Positions 17,100 to 26,800 of a DNA stretch of 52,100 bases are shown piece after piece. Source of the DNA: a virus (Duplodnaviria; Caudoviricetes); the IMG/VR virus record IMGVR_UViG_3300039082_000001, positions 1 through 52,100 of that record. One strand, given 5' to 3'. The notes beneath the pieces were generated by a model. The model made no database searches, had not been told where the DNA came from, and worked only from the letters and a program-made list of their open reading frames with translations. A program made the translations under genes and the position numbers. How positions within the stretch are numbered: the stretch's first letter is position 1; each line of letters begins with the position of its first letter.

Positions 17100-17876
17100 A
17101 TGTATCTAGTCATTGGCTCTCAAGCTCTGAAACATCACTTTCCGCAGACGAGAGAACCTAAGGACTTCGACGTATTCACAGAGGTGTCAGGTCTTCCAGT
17201 GGAAGCTTTCTGGGATGAGCGCCTTTTGGACTACTGGACTCCTGGAGCAATCAGGTTCGCTACCGTAGACGAGCTGTACACCATCAAGGTGAGCCATTCG
17301 CATTGGGATCTCAGGAACGGTACCTGGGGTAAGCATATGGCTGACATCTTGTTCCTTCAAGACCATGCTGCTAGGCTACTGCCAGAGTTGTACAAGATCC
17401 TGTACAGCATCTGGATTGACAAACACGGACCTAAGAAGATGGTGTTCAGCGAGTCAGAGGAATTCTTTGATGATGCCGTTGTACGGAAGTACGATCACGA
17501 CAGTCTACATGAATCTGTGGCTTATGGTGATCATGCTCTTTATCTGGATTATCTTAGTCCGGGACGTAGTGTTGCTATGGATATGGCGAAGGTCTGGTCC
17601 TCTGATTTCTCCACGATCGTCAAGCTCTTCCGAGAAGAAATCTACGCTACAGCTTTGGAGCGAATCGTTGTTCCAAGCGGGTATCGCTGTAGTCCTGGTT
17701 TCGCCTATCATTGGGCTCTTCGTCGGACTATTACTAGTCTTACTAAGGGGCGTTCTTCACTCTGGCTGATTGAGAACTTCGAATGGTTCATGGATGCCAA
17801 GGATCCGTTCACCGAAGAGAATTACGTAGAGCGTCATCTACGTAAGCAAGATAAACTGATTCCGTTGGGAGTGTAA
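17100..17876 (+). CDS. Phage nucleotidyltransferase-fold protein
   Basis: IGSQA...PKDFD (GS...DxD); LYTIKVSH, KHMAD, DHDSLH, EEIYATALER. Confidence 0.75.
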   Translation: MYLVIGSQALKHHFPQTREPKDFDVFTEVSGLPVEAFWDERLLDYWTPGAIRFATVDELYTIKVSHSHWDLRNGTWGKHMADILFLQDHAARLLPELYKILYSIWIDKHGPKKMVFSESEEFFDDAVVRKYDHDSLHESVAYGDHALYLDYLSPGRSVAMDMAKVWSSDFSTIVKLFREEIYATALERIVVPSGYRCSPGFAYHWALRRTITSLTKGRSSLWLIENFEWFMDAKDPFTEENYVERHLRKQDKLIPLGV

Positions 17877-18320
17877 ATGACTGACCTACTCGCCGAGATT
17901 AACCGCATGCTCGAAGGTGATATTGCGGTGGTTTACTCGACCACTGAAGAGTACGACTACAATGCATTCTGGCGTGCTTGCTCAGGCGCACTGATCACCC
18001 CGAAGATCGAGGACTTCAAGTATGATGCTCCCAAGGTCGAGAAGCATACTGTGGTGGTAGAAGGGTACTACCATCTGCACGAGTTGCTTGAAGAGACTGG
18101 TGACGAGGGTATCCTCACACCGTTTGGTATGCTTTACTTCGTGGACTCTTACGGTGGCGAAGGTGAAGGTGACCAGTACTGGTACGTCTTCAAGGTCGCC
18201 GGTCCCGTCAATAGGTTCTTCAAGGTTGATGGCTACTACCAGTCGTACTCCGGTGGAGAGTATGATAACCTCTACGAGGTGTTCCCGAAGCAGGTCCAGG
18301 TAACTCAGTGGGAGGCATAG
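17877..18320 (+). CDS. 'GGEG' hypothetical protein, paralog 1
   Basis: YGGEGEGDQYWYVFKV...FFKVDGYYQSY...EV. Confidence 0.75.
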   Translation: MTDLLAEINRMLEGDIAVVYSTTEEYDYNAFWRACSGALITPKIEDFKYDAPKVEKHTVVVEGYYHLHELLEETGDEGILTPFGMLYFVDSYGGEGEGDQYWYVFKVAGPVNRFFKVDGYYQSYSGGEYDNLYEVFPKQVQVTQWEA

Positions 18321-18323
18321 ACA

Positions 18324-18716
18324 ATGCGTTGTCCGACGTGTGGCAATGAGTTCAACAAGAATGATTCGTCCGTCGACTATGGTCGACTGATCGAAGACCA
18401 GATGCATTCAGTCCGCGCCGGCTCTGGCTACTACGTCGAGGAAGGCTGGGACGCTCTGGCTGAGGCAGACCTGGGCTTTGAGTTCACCCTTGGTGATCTC
18501 GGTGAAGCTCGGGTTGTTCATCAGGGTCGTCATTACCCAGGTTACGACGATGTAGCCCAGGGTGGCGAAGACTATTACATCGTGATCGAGGTGGACTCTC
18601 TCGGCAAGTTCTTCCGTAAGAACTTCCACTTCGATTCGTACGGCACCAGCACGCCTTTGTTCCGACGTGCCTATGAGGTTACCGGTACCGTCAAGACGGT
18701 GCGTGTTTTCGAGTAG
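18324..18716 (+). CDS. 'GGE' hypothetical protein, paralog 2
   Basis: GGEDYYIVIEV...FFRK...DSYG...EV. Confidence 0.7.
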   Translation: MRCPTCGNEFNKNDSSVDYGRLIEDQMHSVRAGSGYYVEEGWDALAEADLGFEFTLGDLGEARVVHQGRHYPGYDDVAQGGEDYYIVIEVDSLGKFFRKNFHFDSYGTSTPLFRRAYEVTGTVKTVRVFE

Positions 18717-19093
18717 TGGGCAAGCACAACGCGAGTAAGGAGTTTTGTCCTCAGGGTCATCCGTACTCTGGGGACAATCTTCGTTTAGTTACAGTCGATG
18801 GAAAGAGTAGGCGGCACTGTAAGGCTTGTGAGCGTTTAAACTCACAGAACTTTAGAGCTAAACAGGTTAAGTTGCTTGGACCATGTGAAATATGTGGAGA
18901 ATATCAAGAGAAAGCTTTGGCTTACGACCACATTCATGGACATTGCGATAAGCCGACCGGTTGTGGAGAATGCCGTAGAGGGCGCCTTTGTCATAGATGT
19001 AATCTAGGCCTAGGCTATTTTAGAGATTCGGAGGAGTTTCTTGGGGAGGCGATCAAGTACCTCAGAAAATCCACCAATCATCTCGATTCTTGA
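18716..19093 (+). CDS. Endonuclease VII-family nuclease with N-terminal CPQGH zinc module
   Basis: CPQGHPY...CKAC; YDHIH...RGRLCHRCNLGLG. Confidence 0.85.
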   Translation: MGKHNASKEFCPQGHPYSGDNLRLVTVDGKSRRHCKACERLNSQNFRAKQVKLLGPCEICGEYQEKALAYDHIHGHCDKPTGCGECRRGRLCHRCNLGLGYFRDSEEFLGEAIKYLRKSTNHLDS

Positions 19094-19445
19094 ATACTAT
19101 GGATTCGTGGGAGTTCGTGAAGATAGGGGTTGGCATCCTGTCCGTTGCTACTTCCATGAAGACAGGACGGCATCGGGATCAGTCAATACAATCGAGAATG
19201 TCTACAAATGTCATGCTTGCGAAGCCAAGGGAAACGCGATACAATTAGTACAGTGGAAGGAGGGCATGGACTATGCTAGTGCCGTCCAGTTCTTCCAGGA
19301 AGCTACTGGAGAGAGCCACCCGAGAGTACGAACAAGCACTCGACGGGTCCGTCGCAGACCTCTATCTGAAGAACCGGTCTCTTACGAACGAGACAGCAAA
19401 GAGGTTCCGGCTTGGGTACGTAGAAAACCCTTTACCGGGTCATGA
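19041..19445 (+). CDS. DNA primase, CHC2 zinc-binding subunit
   Basis: CYFHEDRTAS...YKCHAC..KGNAI. Confidence 0.85.
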   Translation: MGRRSSTSENPPIISILEYYGFVGVREDRGWHPVRCYFHEDRTASGSVNTIENVYKCHACEAKGNAIQLVQWKEGMDYASAVQFFQEATGESHPRVRTSTRRVRRRPLSEEPVSYERDSKEVPAWVRRKPFTGS

Positions 19446-19932
19446 AGCTTACGGAGGTAGACTTGCAATCCCATACCTCACCGCTTCCGGCGTGGTTGAT
19501 ATCCGATTCAAGTCTGTACCTAGCGATGGTGATCCCACACGACCGGTGGTGGGAGCGAAGATCCTTGCACTACCCGGAGCTACCCTCCGTCCGTACAACA
19601 CGTTGGCTCTTAGTCGACACGAACAGTTTGTCTGCATCACTGAAGGCGAACCTGACACCTGGACTACAGACATGGCAGGAATCCCAGTTGTGGGTTTCCC
19701 TGGTGTTAAGTCCTGGCAAAAGCTGTTCTGGCGAATGTTCAGATTCAGGCGAGTAGCCATCTTGGCACAACGGGACGACTCAGGCCAGGGAGAGAAGTTC
19801 TCTACCCTCCTGGCTGAACAGATCCCAGGTGCCGTTATCATCCCTATGCCCGAGGGGCATGATGTTAACTCATACGTCATGCAAGAGGGAATTGAGGCCC
19901 TTAGGAGAAAGGTGGGGCTCAGTGGATCCTGA
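19273..19932 (+). CDS. DNA primase, TOPRIM subunit
   Basis: RFRLGY, RLAIPY, ITEGEPD, GFPG, GHDVN; own AGGAGG RBS. Confidence 0.9.
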   Translation: MLVPSSSSRKLLERATREYEQALDGSVADLYLKNRSLTNETAKRFRLGYVENPLPGHEAYGGRLAIPYLTASGVVDIRFKSVPSDGDPTRPVVGAKILALPGATLRPYNTLALSRHEQFVCITEGEPDTWTTDMAGIPVVGFPGVKSWQKLFWRMFRFRRVAILAQRDDSGQGEKFSTLLAEQIPGAVIIPMPEGHDVNSYVMQEGIEALRRKVGLSGS

Positions 19933-20212
19933 GGAAGACTTCGATGACATCGGGGCGGAGTTATCCGATCTGGTTGGAGATATCATCGATAACACCGCGT
20001 CGGTAGTTAAGAAGCTTCGAAAGCTTGCGTTCCGTTCCTCCGACCTGGCCGATAGTCTTCGTGACCTTGCAGACCTGGTAGAGCATGCGGCAGAGCTTCA
20101 GCATCGAGCTGCTGTGGTTGCCGCTAAGATCGGCGCAGAGATGGTAGAAGCCGATCGGTTCCCGGACGATGACGAGGACGAAGAGTTGGAGGATGACGAA
20201 GATGAAGATTGA
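19922..20212 (+). CDS. Helical protein with acidic tail
   Basis: GTG 19922; C-terminal DDDEDEELEDDEDED. Confidence 0.6.
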   Translation: MDPEEDFDDIGAELSDLVGDIIDNTASVVKKLRKLAFRSSDLADSLRDLADLVEHAAELQHRAAVVAAKIGAEMVEADRFPDDDEDEELEDDEDED

Positions 20213-20738
20213 CTACACGACTGGTAACGACACCAGTGATGTCAGCTACCTTGACACTTACTTTGCTACTTCTTTGAATGAAGTTTGGATCTGGGATGGC
20301 GAGAGCTGGATGGGACCAAGGGCAGCCAACTACAACGAACTCCTGAAGAAGCGCCAGCAGCGTGACGCTATCAATGAGTTCGAGAGTGACGACCACTCTG
20401 ACCAGCCGCCGTACGTTAAGTCTTTAACCCTGAACCTTGACGATCCGTTCGAGGGTCCAGTGGCTGATATCGTTGAGTTGAACCGTAGGAAGCGTAGCGA
20501 CTATGCTTCCGAGGATGACATCTTCATCAACTTCCGTCGTTCAGCAAGCATGATGAGCGTAGAGGGATTTGATTACCAGGAAGCCATCCTTTTCAACATC
20601 ACTCAGAAGATTGCTCGGCTCCAGGCACTTCGTGAGCAGGGAAAGCTTCACGATCCTTCGAATGAGTCGGTCGAAGACACCTACAAGGACATCGCCGTAT
20701 ACGCAGTCCTTCTGTATGCCTCCCAGAAGGTTCAGTGA
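20202..20738 (+). CDS. DUF1599-like (nucleotide modification-associated domain 1) protein
   Basis: KRSDYA...NF...KIARL...ESVEDTYKDIAVYA. Confidence 0.7.
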   Translation: MKIDYTTGNDTSDVSYLDTYFATSLNEVWIWDGESWMGPRAANYNELLKKRQQRDAINEFESDDHSDQPPYVKSLTLNLDDPFEGPVADIVELNRRKRSDYASEDDIFINFRRSASMMSVEGFDYQEAILFNITQKIARLQALREQGKLHDPSNESVEDTYKDIAVYAVLLYASQKVQ

Positions 20739-21472
20739 AGACCCGCGTCATCGTAGGACTGGAGATGCAGATCCCTTACCAGTCCACGAAGATCTTCCAC
20801 TCGTTCCTAGAGTTCTGTAACGACTTCTATCCTGACAGGGTTGTGATCATCGGTGACTTCCTTGACGTACCTGGTCCTGCGAGATGGAATCGAGGAACTG
20901 CGCTTGAATTCGCAGGAACTCTTCAACGAGAATGTCTCTCTGGACAAAATTATCTGGCAGCACTCCGAGGTGTTGTTGGCGATCGTACTCAGATCGACTT
21001 CCACTCAGGTAACCATGAGAAGCGGGTTGAATCTTATATCCGAAACAAAGCCCCCGCATTTTCCGGCCTTGAAGCTCTTCGAATCCCCAATCTCCTTGGG
21101 TTTGATAAGCTGGGAATCAGTCTACTGCCTGATGTTGCTCCGTTCGCAACTGGCTGGGTTACCACACACGGTGACGTGGCGTCACGTACCCTCTCAAAAT
21201 CCGCTGGGTCCTCAGCACTTATACAAGCCAAGCGGATTGGTAAGTCCGTTGTTATGGGGCATACTCACCGACTTGGCGTCGTCAGCGAAACAATAGCCGG
21301 CAAGGTATTGACCGGCGTTGAAACGGGGCATATGATGGATACGCGCAAGGCGTCCTATATCAGTTACCCTAACTGGCAAGCTGGTTGGGCTGCTTTCGAG
21401 CTTGAGAATAACAGGGTCACTCACATCCGCCCTGTGCACGTTACTGCCTCTGGAGGTATCCTCTATGTTTGA
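20735..21472 (+). CDS. Metallophosphoesterase
   Basis: GDFLD, GNHE, HG, GHTHR. Confidence 0.9.
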   Translation: MKTRVIVGLEMQIPYQSTKIFHSFLEFCNDFYPDRVVIIGDFLDVPGPARWNRGTALEFAGTLQRECLSGQNYLAALRGVVGDRTQIDFHSGNHEKRVESYIRNKAPAFSGLEALRIPNLLGFDKLGISLLPDVAPFATGWVTTHGDVASRTLSKSAGSSALIQAKRIGKSVVMGHTHRLGVVSETIAGKVLTGVETGHMMDTRKASYISYPNWQAGWAAFELENNRVTHIRPVHVTASGGILYV

Positions 21473-21830
21473 TCTGCCGGATCAGAATCCTGCTTTCGTT
21501 GCCAGGCTTGACCAGGATATGGCTGAGTACGATAACGCGTTCAATCAGATTGCGTTCACTGCTGACACTGTCTACCACCAGAACGGTGACAGCGCCACAA
21601 CGAGCTACGTCTTCACGATGGAAGCCATCCTGACCTACCTCCGTAGCGAGGATGAGCCTCAGGACCATCGGTACCGTAAGATTGCTGCCCTGGTGGCTAG
21701 CGCTGTGAACGCTACGATTCGGTACGAGCATTCCCTCCAGGAACTTGAGGATCGGTATAACACACTCGCTGACGCAGCTCGTGACACCATCGCTACAATC
21801 GATACGATTACTGGCAATGGAAGTAAGTAG
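21465..21830 (+). CDS. Hypothetical protein
   Basis: GGAGGT RBS before ATG 21465. Confidence 0.65.
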   Translation: MFDLPDQNPAFVARLDQDMAEYDNAFNQIAFTADTVYHQNGDSATTSYVFTMEAILTYLRSEDEPQDHRYRKIAALVASAVNATIRYEHSLQELEDRYNTLADAARDTIATIDTITGNGSK

Positions 21831-22350
21831 CGAGGTCTTCAATACTTCCAGGGAGTTCGCTTACCGCTACGGACGCATGTTCCCAATGGTGGAACCGGAC
21901 GACATCCACCAGGAAGTGTTGATAGCGTACTGGCTCAGCAAGGATAAGGTCATCGAGAACGGATGGTGGGCTACAGTGTCCAGGAATGCCGCTCTCGCGC
22001 TCCAGGCAAAGTACCAGGAAGACATGTGCTTGGTCCCGTTCACTACCTACACTCAAGAGACCGTTCGGGAGATGCTGACCGAGTTCTTCCAGGGTGATCC
22101 GTCTTGGGCTACCTCTGAGATCATTCAGTCATTCTTGGACGTACTCAAGCCGATTCATCGGGATGCTATCTACGATCGCTATTACCATGGCGATCCGGTA
22201 GAGAAATCGAAGCTGTCTAGGGCTCACAAGGCCCTGACAGTGGAGATGAATCGAGCACTTCTGGGACGACCACGTGAAGGTCTAGGCTCCCGTAGGGTTA
22301 TGAGTAACGCAGCAGCTAGGGCCGAGATTGATAAGGACTACACAGAATGA
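21817..22350 (+). CDS. Sigma-factor-like DNA-binding protein
   Basis: VEPDDIHQE (region-2-like), LKPIHRDAIYDRY (region-4-like), SRRVMSNA tail. Confidence 0.65.
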   Translation: MEVSSEVFNTSREFAYRYGRMFPMVEPDDIHQEVLIAYWLSKDKVIENGWWATVSRNAALALQAKYQEDMCLVPFTTYTQETVREMLTEFFQGDPSWATSEIIQSFLDVLKPIHRDAIYDRYYHGDPVEKSKLSRAHKALTVEMNRALLGRPREGLGSRRVMSNAAARAEIDKDYTE

Positions 22351-22499
22351 ACCCAACTGATCCGTTCACCGATCTATCGGTTGGCCTGATCGGAATGCAT
22401 GAACTCATGCTAGAAGCCATGAATGCCGGCTTTACTCGCGAGGAAGCATTCAGGATCGTACTTGAAATGCTACTTGAGACTATACGAGGAGCCAAGTGA
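22347..22499 (+). CDS. 50-aa 'GFTREEA' small phage protein (not in ORF track)
   Basis: ATGA/GTGA coupled at both ends. Confidence 0.7.
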   Translation: MNPTDPFTDLSVGLIGMHELMLEAMNAGFTREEAFRIVLEMLLETIRGAK

Positions 22500-22714
22500 G
22501 ATATACTGTAGGAGTCCTGAAGGGTGCTGAAATTGGCACCCTTTTTGGGCCTAAGGACATCACTGGTGACTACCTTGTCTGCTTTGACGCGCAGGGTAGT
22601 CTAGGGTATGCTTCACAGCATGAGATCGCTGATGCGTACCTGTACATCGCTCAGCATGGACCTCGGTCCGTAACTGAGTACAAGATCTATAAGGGGCTGA
22701 AGAATCTTGTCTGA
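22496..22714 (+). CDS. Hypothetical protein
   Basis: In-operon ORF. Confidence 0.6.
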   Translation: MRYTVGVLKGAEIGTLFGPKDITGDYLVCFDAQGSLGYASQHEIADAYLYIAQHGPRSVTEYKIYKGLKNLV

Positions 22715-24740
22715 TACAGAGATTGCTTGGGGTTACACCGGTGAGCTTGTCTACAACCGCACATACCGTCGTCCGAAAATGGATGGAACGCTTGAGTCCT
22801 GGCCAGAGACTGTTCGTCGTGTGGTCGATGGCAATCTTGCGTTGGTTGACTCTCGGTATCATCTGCCTAATGAGCGCGACCGCCTCATCGACCTTATGGA
22901 GTCTTTTCGCATCGTACCTGGTGGTCGTCATCTTTGGATGTCTGGTGTACCTGGACGTCAGTTTCTATTCAATTGTCATGTCTCTGGATGGACAGAAGAC
23001 ATCGAAGACCACTTCAGCTTCACCTTCCTCCGACTCATGGAAGGTGGAGGAGTAGGCGCTAACTACTCCATGATGAAGACCTACCCAATCGTTCGTGAGG
23101 TGCAGGTCTACATCGTCTGCGACCCGAGCCACCCTGACTATCGGGAAATGCAGGATGCAGGTCTTCTTACCGATGAGTGGTCCTCTGACTGGACGGGATC
23201 GATCGAAATTGAAGACAGTCGTGAGGGTTGGGATGGGGCACTCCGTGACCTCCTTCGAGCCGCTACCGGACGTACTAAACACACTAAGCGGGTTTATGAT
23301 GTGTCTCGTGTGCGGTGGGCAGGAGCTAGGATTAAAAGTTTCGGAGGGACAGCTTCAGGTCCGTTGCCTCTCGCCCGGATGCTTCTTGCTGTTGGCCAGA
23401 TCCTGAACAATCGAGTTGGAGTTCTTCTGGAAGGAGAGCTTCCACACAATCTAACCCCTATCGATGCTATGGAGATCGACCATGCGATTGCGACTTGCGT
23501 GGTTTCTGGTGGGGTTCGGCGCAGCGCACGTATGTCTATTCTTGCATGGGATGATCCGCATATTCTGGATTTTCTGAGCTGTAAGTCTGACGGGTCCAAG
23601 CACTGGACTACGAACATCTCTGTAGCTGTAGATGATAGGTTCTTCGATCACGTAAAGATTCCTGGCAGTCTAGCTGAACATGTGTTCAATGAGATCGTTG
23701 AAGGCATGTTGGCTAACGGCGAACCTGGTATCTGGAACATGGATCTGAGTAACAAGGATGAGCCTAACTTCGTTGAAGCTACCAACCCTTGTGGTGAGAT
23801 CACGCTGGAAGCCTGGGAGAACTGTAACCTCGGGCATGTCAACCTGGATGCGTTCTACGGTCACAACGTGTACCACGATGTATGGGAAGAGCTTCTTGAG
23901 GCTCATCAGCTTATGGCCCGGTTCCTGATCCGCGCCACGTACGGTGACATCCAGGATGCTGGCCAGCGTGCTGTGGTTGATCGTAACCGTCGTATCGGTG
24001 TGGGGCACTTTGGCTTCGTTGGCATGGCAGCTAAGCAGGGTATCAGGTTCTCTGAAACTCATCAGAAGATGGACTTCAAAGAAGATCTTCAGAGCATGTA
24101 TGCCGCAGTCCGTCAGGCTGCTGACGACTACGCTTACGAGCTTCGTATCCCAACACCAGTCAAGGTGACCACCGTAGCTCCTACGGGCACCATCGCTAAG
24201 ATGCCTGGCCGTACCGAAGGTATCCATCCTCCGTATGCCAAGTACTTCATCCGAAGGATTCGCTTCTCTAAGATCCATGGTCCCGAGCGTGAGCAAGCTG
24301 AGCGTCTTCGTGACGAGGGTTACCCGGTAGAAGACTGTAAGTATGCTCCTAACACCTATGTCGTCTCCATGGTTGCTAAGGAGCAGCTTGTCGCAGAGGT
24401 GGAGAGTCTAGGCTATGACGCCGATATTGTCGAGTCGGCCGATGAGATCTCCATCTGGGACCAGTTGGCCGTACAGGCTATGTATCAGACGTACTACGCT
24501 GATAACGCAGTTAGCTACACGATCAACATCCCACAAGGACGATACACGGTAGACGAGGTTAAAGAGGCTCTAATGGCCTACTTGCCCAAGCTCAAGGGGA
24601 CCACAATCTTCCCTGATCAGACTCGTGAACAGGCTCCATATGAGCGGATCAGTAGGGCACAGTATGAAGCAAGCGATGGTAAGACTGTGGATTCGTCTTT
24701 TGACGAAGATTGCGCATCTGGCGCGTGTCCTGTACGGTGA
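22707..24740 (+). CDS. nrdJ: Adenosylcobalamin-dependent (class II) ribonucleotide reductase
   Basis: PGGRHLW, FNC, GGVRRSA, TNPCGEI, CNLG, APTGT, C-terminal CASGACP; no intein. Confidence 0.95.
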   Translation: MSDTEIAWGYTGELVYNRTYRRPKMDGTLESWPETVRRVVDGNLALVDSRYHLPNERDRLIDLMESFRIVPGGRHLWMSGVPGRQFLFNCHVSGWTEDIEDHFSFTFLRLMEGGGVGANYSMMKTYPIVREVQVYIVCDPSHPDYREMQDAGLLTDEWSSDWTGSIEIEDSREGWDGALRDLLRAATGRTKHTKRVYDVSRVRWAGARIKSFGGTASGPLPLARMLLAVGQILNNRVGVLLEGELPHNLTPIDAMEIDHAIATCVVSGGVRRSARMSILAWDDPHILDFLSCKSDGSKHWTTNISVAVDDRFFDHVKIPGSLAEHVFNEIVEGMLANGEPGIWNMDLSNKDEPNFVEATNPCGEITLEAWENCNLGHVNLDAFYGHNVYHDVWEELLEAHQLMARFLIRATYGDIQDAGQRAVVDRNRRIGVGHFGFVGMAAKQGIRFSETHQKMDFKEDLQSMYAAVRQAADDYAYELRIPTPVKVTTVAPTGTIAKMPGRTEGIHPPYAKYFIRRIRFSKIHGPEREQAERLRDEGYPVEDCKYAPNTYVVSMVAKEQLVAEVESLGYDADIVESADEISIWDQLAVQAMYQTYYADNAVSYTINIPQGRYTVDEVKEALMAYLPKLKGTTIFPDQTREQAPYERISRAQYEASDGKTVDSSFDEDCASGACPVR

Positions 24741-24783
24741 GTCTAAGGACCTGCTGTTTGAGGACGATGAGGAGGAGTTAAAG

Positions 24784-25023
24784 GTGACCGAGAACAAACC
24801 TGAGATCGTTAACTCGATCTCTACCATCGAGAGCACCGGCAAGTACTTCGTTGTGCTCCGTGGCATCATGACGCCGGGCGAGGTCTTCGTGAACGGTGAC
24901 CTGAAGGCTACCGCCTACGGTGAAGATGTCGACGTTACCCTTTGCTTCTACCTAGTCAAGGGTGACAGCATCGAGATCAACGGTGCTCCTCATACGATCC
25001 TGAAGGTCGAGTACACCAACTAA
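24784..25023 (+). CDS. Hypothetical beta-rich protein
   Basis: GAGGAG RBS before GTG 24784. Confidence 0.65.
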   Translation: MTENKPEIVNSISTIESTGKYFVVLRGIMTPGEVFVNGDLKATAYGEDVDVTLCFYLVKGDSIEINGAPHTILKVEYTN

Positions 25024-25424
25024 TGGGGCTTCGCATCCGCAAGACGGTATGGAAGTGGTTGGCGGTGGGGGCTCTGGCCCCCCTCGTCGTCGTTGGAGTA
25101 GTCCAAGGCATTCAGAATGGCCAGCAGGATGCCAAGAACTTCCATCCGTATCAGCCGAGTCCTCAGGTGTACCACACTGAGCTACCAGGAGAGCAAGGCT
25201 ACCTGGAGTACTGGAGGTCACTCCATGTCTCCACGGACAAGGCTGTGTCTGCTGGCTACGCTACTTGTTCCGATCTTGACCTAGGTGGTGTAGACTTTAC
25301 CTACAGCGAGATGCGTCAGGTGGGAGATAAAGAGAAGTCAGATCGTCTCCTTTACGCCTCTGTCCACTACCTGTGCCCTAGCTGGGAACCTGCTTACGAA
25401 GCCTGGAAGGTAAATAACCCATGA
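25023..25424 (+). CDS. DUF732-like membrane-anchored protein
   Basis: N-terminal TM; GYATCSDL..G...HYLCP. Confidence 0.6.
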   Translation: MGLRIRKTVWKWLAVGALAPLVVVGVVQGIQNGQQDAKNFHPYQPSPQVYHTELPGEQGYLEYWRSLHVSTDKAVSAGYATCSDLDLGGVDFTYSEMRQVGDKEKSDRLLYASVHYLCPSWEPAYEAWKVNNP

Positions 25425-26095
25425 CAGTCCAGTTGATCGCTCAGACAGTTATCACTGACGAGATCGAAGAGTACAACCCGCACTGCTGGGAGCAGGGTGT
25501 ATCGCAGGTTGACGAGCTAGCAGAGATGGCAGGAAGGCTTTGCTATGAGTCGTGGGAACGTCCTAACCCGGCTACTGCTACGAATGAAGGCTACCTTCGT
25601 AACATTCTTGCCCAAAGGCACTTTTCGGTACTCGAACACGCCTCGGCGACGTTCTTCGTGTCTGATGTTTCTCGTAGCTTCCTGGCTGAGCTTAGTCGTC
25701 ATCGGCATCTCAGCTTTTCTGTCGTCAGCCAGAGGTATGTAGACCACGGCGAGAAGAGTGATAAGTGGATCGCTTACCCTGCACTCTTCAATGGTTATCT
25801 TGAGTCTCGACTTGATGCCCACTTCGAGGCTAGTCAGAAGCTGTACGACGAGGCTGTGTTCAATCTGATTAGCCAGGGCTACTCTCGCAAGGAAGCTCGT
25901 GGCGCTGCTCGTGCCTTCTTGCCGGAAGCTACCGAGACTGCTATCCTGGTGACAGGCAACATGAGGGCATGGCGAGAGCTGATCGAGAAGCGCAACACTG
26001 AAGGTGCTGACATCGAGATCAGGAACGTTGCACAGGAACTGCTAGTGGTCCTCAAGGAGATTGCTCCTAATACTTTCCAAGACATGGAGGTCTGA
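25421..26095 (+). CDS. thyX: FAD-dependent thymidylate synthase
   Basis: HFSVLEH, ELSRHRHLSFSVVSQRY, TGNMRAW. Confidence 0.96.
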   Translation: MTVQLIAQTVITDEIEEYNPHCWEQGVSQVDELAEMAGRLCYESWERPNPATATNEGYLRNILAQRHFSVLEHASATFFVSDVSRSFLAELSRHRHLSFSVVSQRYVDHGEKSDKWIAYPALFNGYLESRLDAHFEASQKLYDEAVFNLISQGYSRKEARGAARAFLPEATETAILVTGNMRAWRELIEKRNTEGADIEIRNVAQELLVVLKEIAPNTFQDMEV

Positions 26096-26096
26096 C

Positions 26097-26501
26097 ATGC
26101 GCGAAGACATCAAGCAGCTCTGGGTGGATCGACTCCGTTCCGGACAGGACCGGCAGGGCGACGGTTACCTGAACCGTAACGGCAAGAAGTGTTGCCTGGG
26201 CGTTCTGTGCGAGATCTTGGTTGAGAATCAGATTCCGATCGGACCTGACAATCTGATCCTTGAGCGGTACGAGCCTGATCAGGTCGGAGCTGTTGGTTAC
26301 GGATTCAGCGGAGGCCATCGCGCCAATATATCTGTACTTCCTAAAGAAGTCGCAGCGCGGCTGGAAATGACCAATGATGGCGAGTTCGAAAAAGTTGATC
26401 CTATTGCAGACGAGGGTTACCATGAGGAAACTCTTGCTAACCTGAACGACGGTGGCAGCACCTTCGAAGAGATCGCTGACATAATCGAAGAGTACTTCTA
26501 A
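26097..26501 (+). CDS. Conserved phage hypothetical (CCLGVLC ... NDxG.TF.EIAD)
   Basis: Recognisable motif pattern. Confidence 0.75.
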   Translation: MREDIKQLWVDRLRSGQDRQGDGYLNRNGKKCCLGVLCEILVENQIPIGPDNLILERYEPDQVGAVGYGFSGGHRANISVLPKEVAARLEMTNDGEFEKVDPIADEGYHEETLANLNDGGSTFEEIADIIEEYF

Positions 26502-26509
26502 GGAGTACC

Positions 26510-26800
26510 GTGATCATCATTGCACCAGAAGATCCTAACGGTCACGAGCTGGACCAGTTCGGCTGGCTATGGAACGGAGCCATTAGCTGTCGCTGGTGTT
26601 CGGATGGTGATCTAACCTTCCGGAAGTGCACCGGGCAGACTGACTCCTACGACTTCTACCGGGTCATGGGTGGCGAGATGCAGAAATCGCCATCAGAGTT
26701 TACAGTAGAAGCTGGCAAACGGTACATGCAGATCCTAGATGGAATCGAAAGGGCTGAAGGTGGAAAGCTTCCAGGAGTTTGGCAAAATCCCTCGCTTTAA
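26510..26800 (+). CDS. Hypothetical protein
   Basis: TAAGGAG RBS. Confidence 0.55.
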   Translation: MIIIAPEDPNGHELDQFGWLWNGAISCRWCSDGDLTFRKCTGQTDSYDFYRVMGGEMQKSPSEFTVEAGKRYMQILDGIERAEGGKLPGVWQNPSL

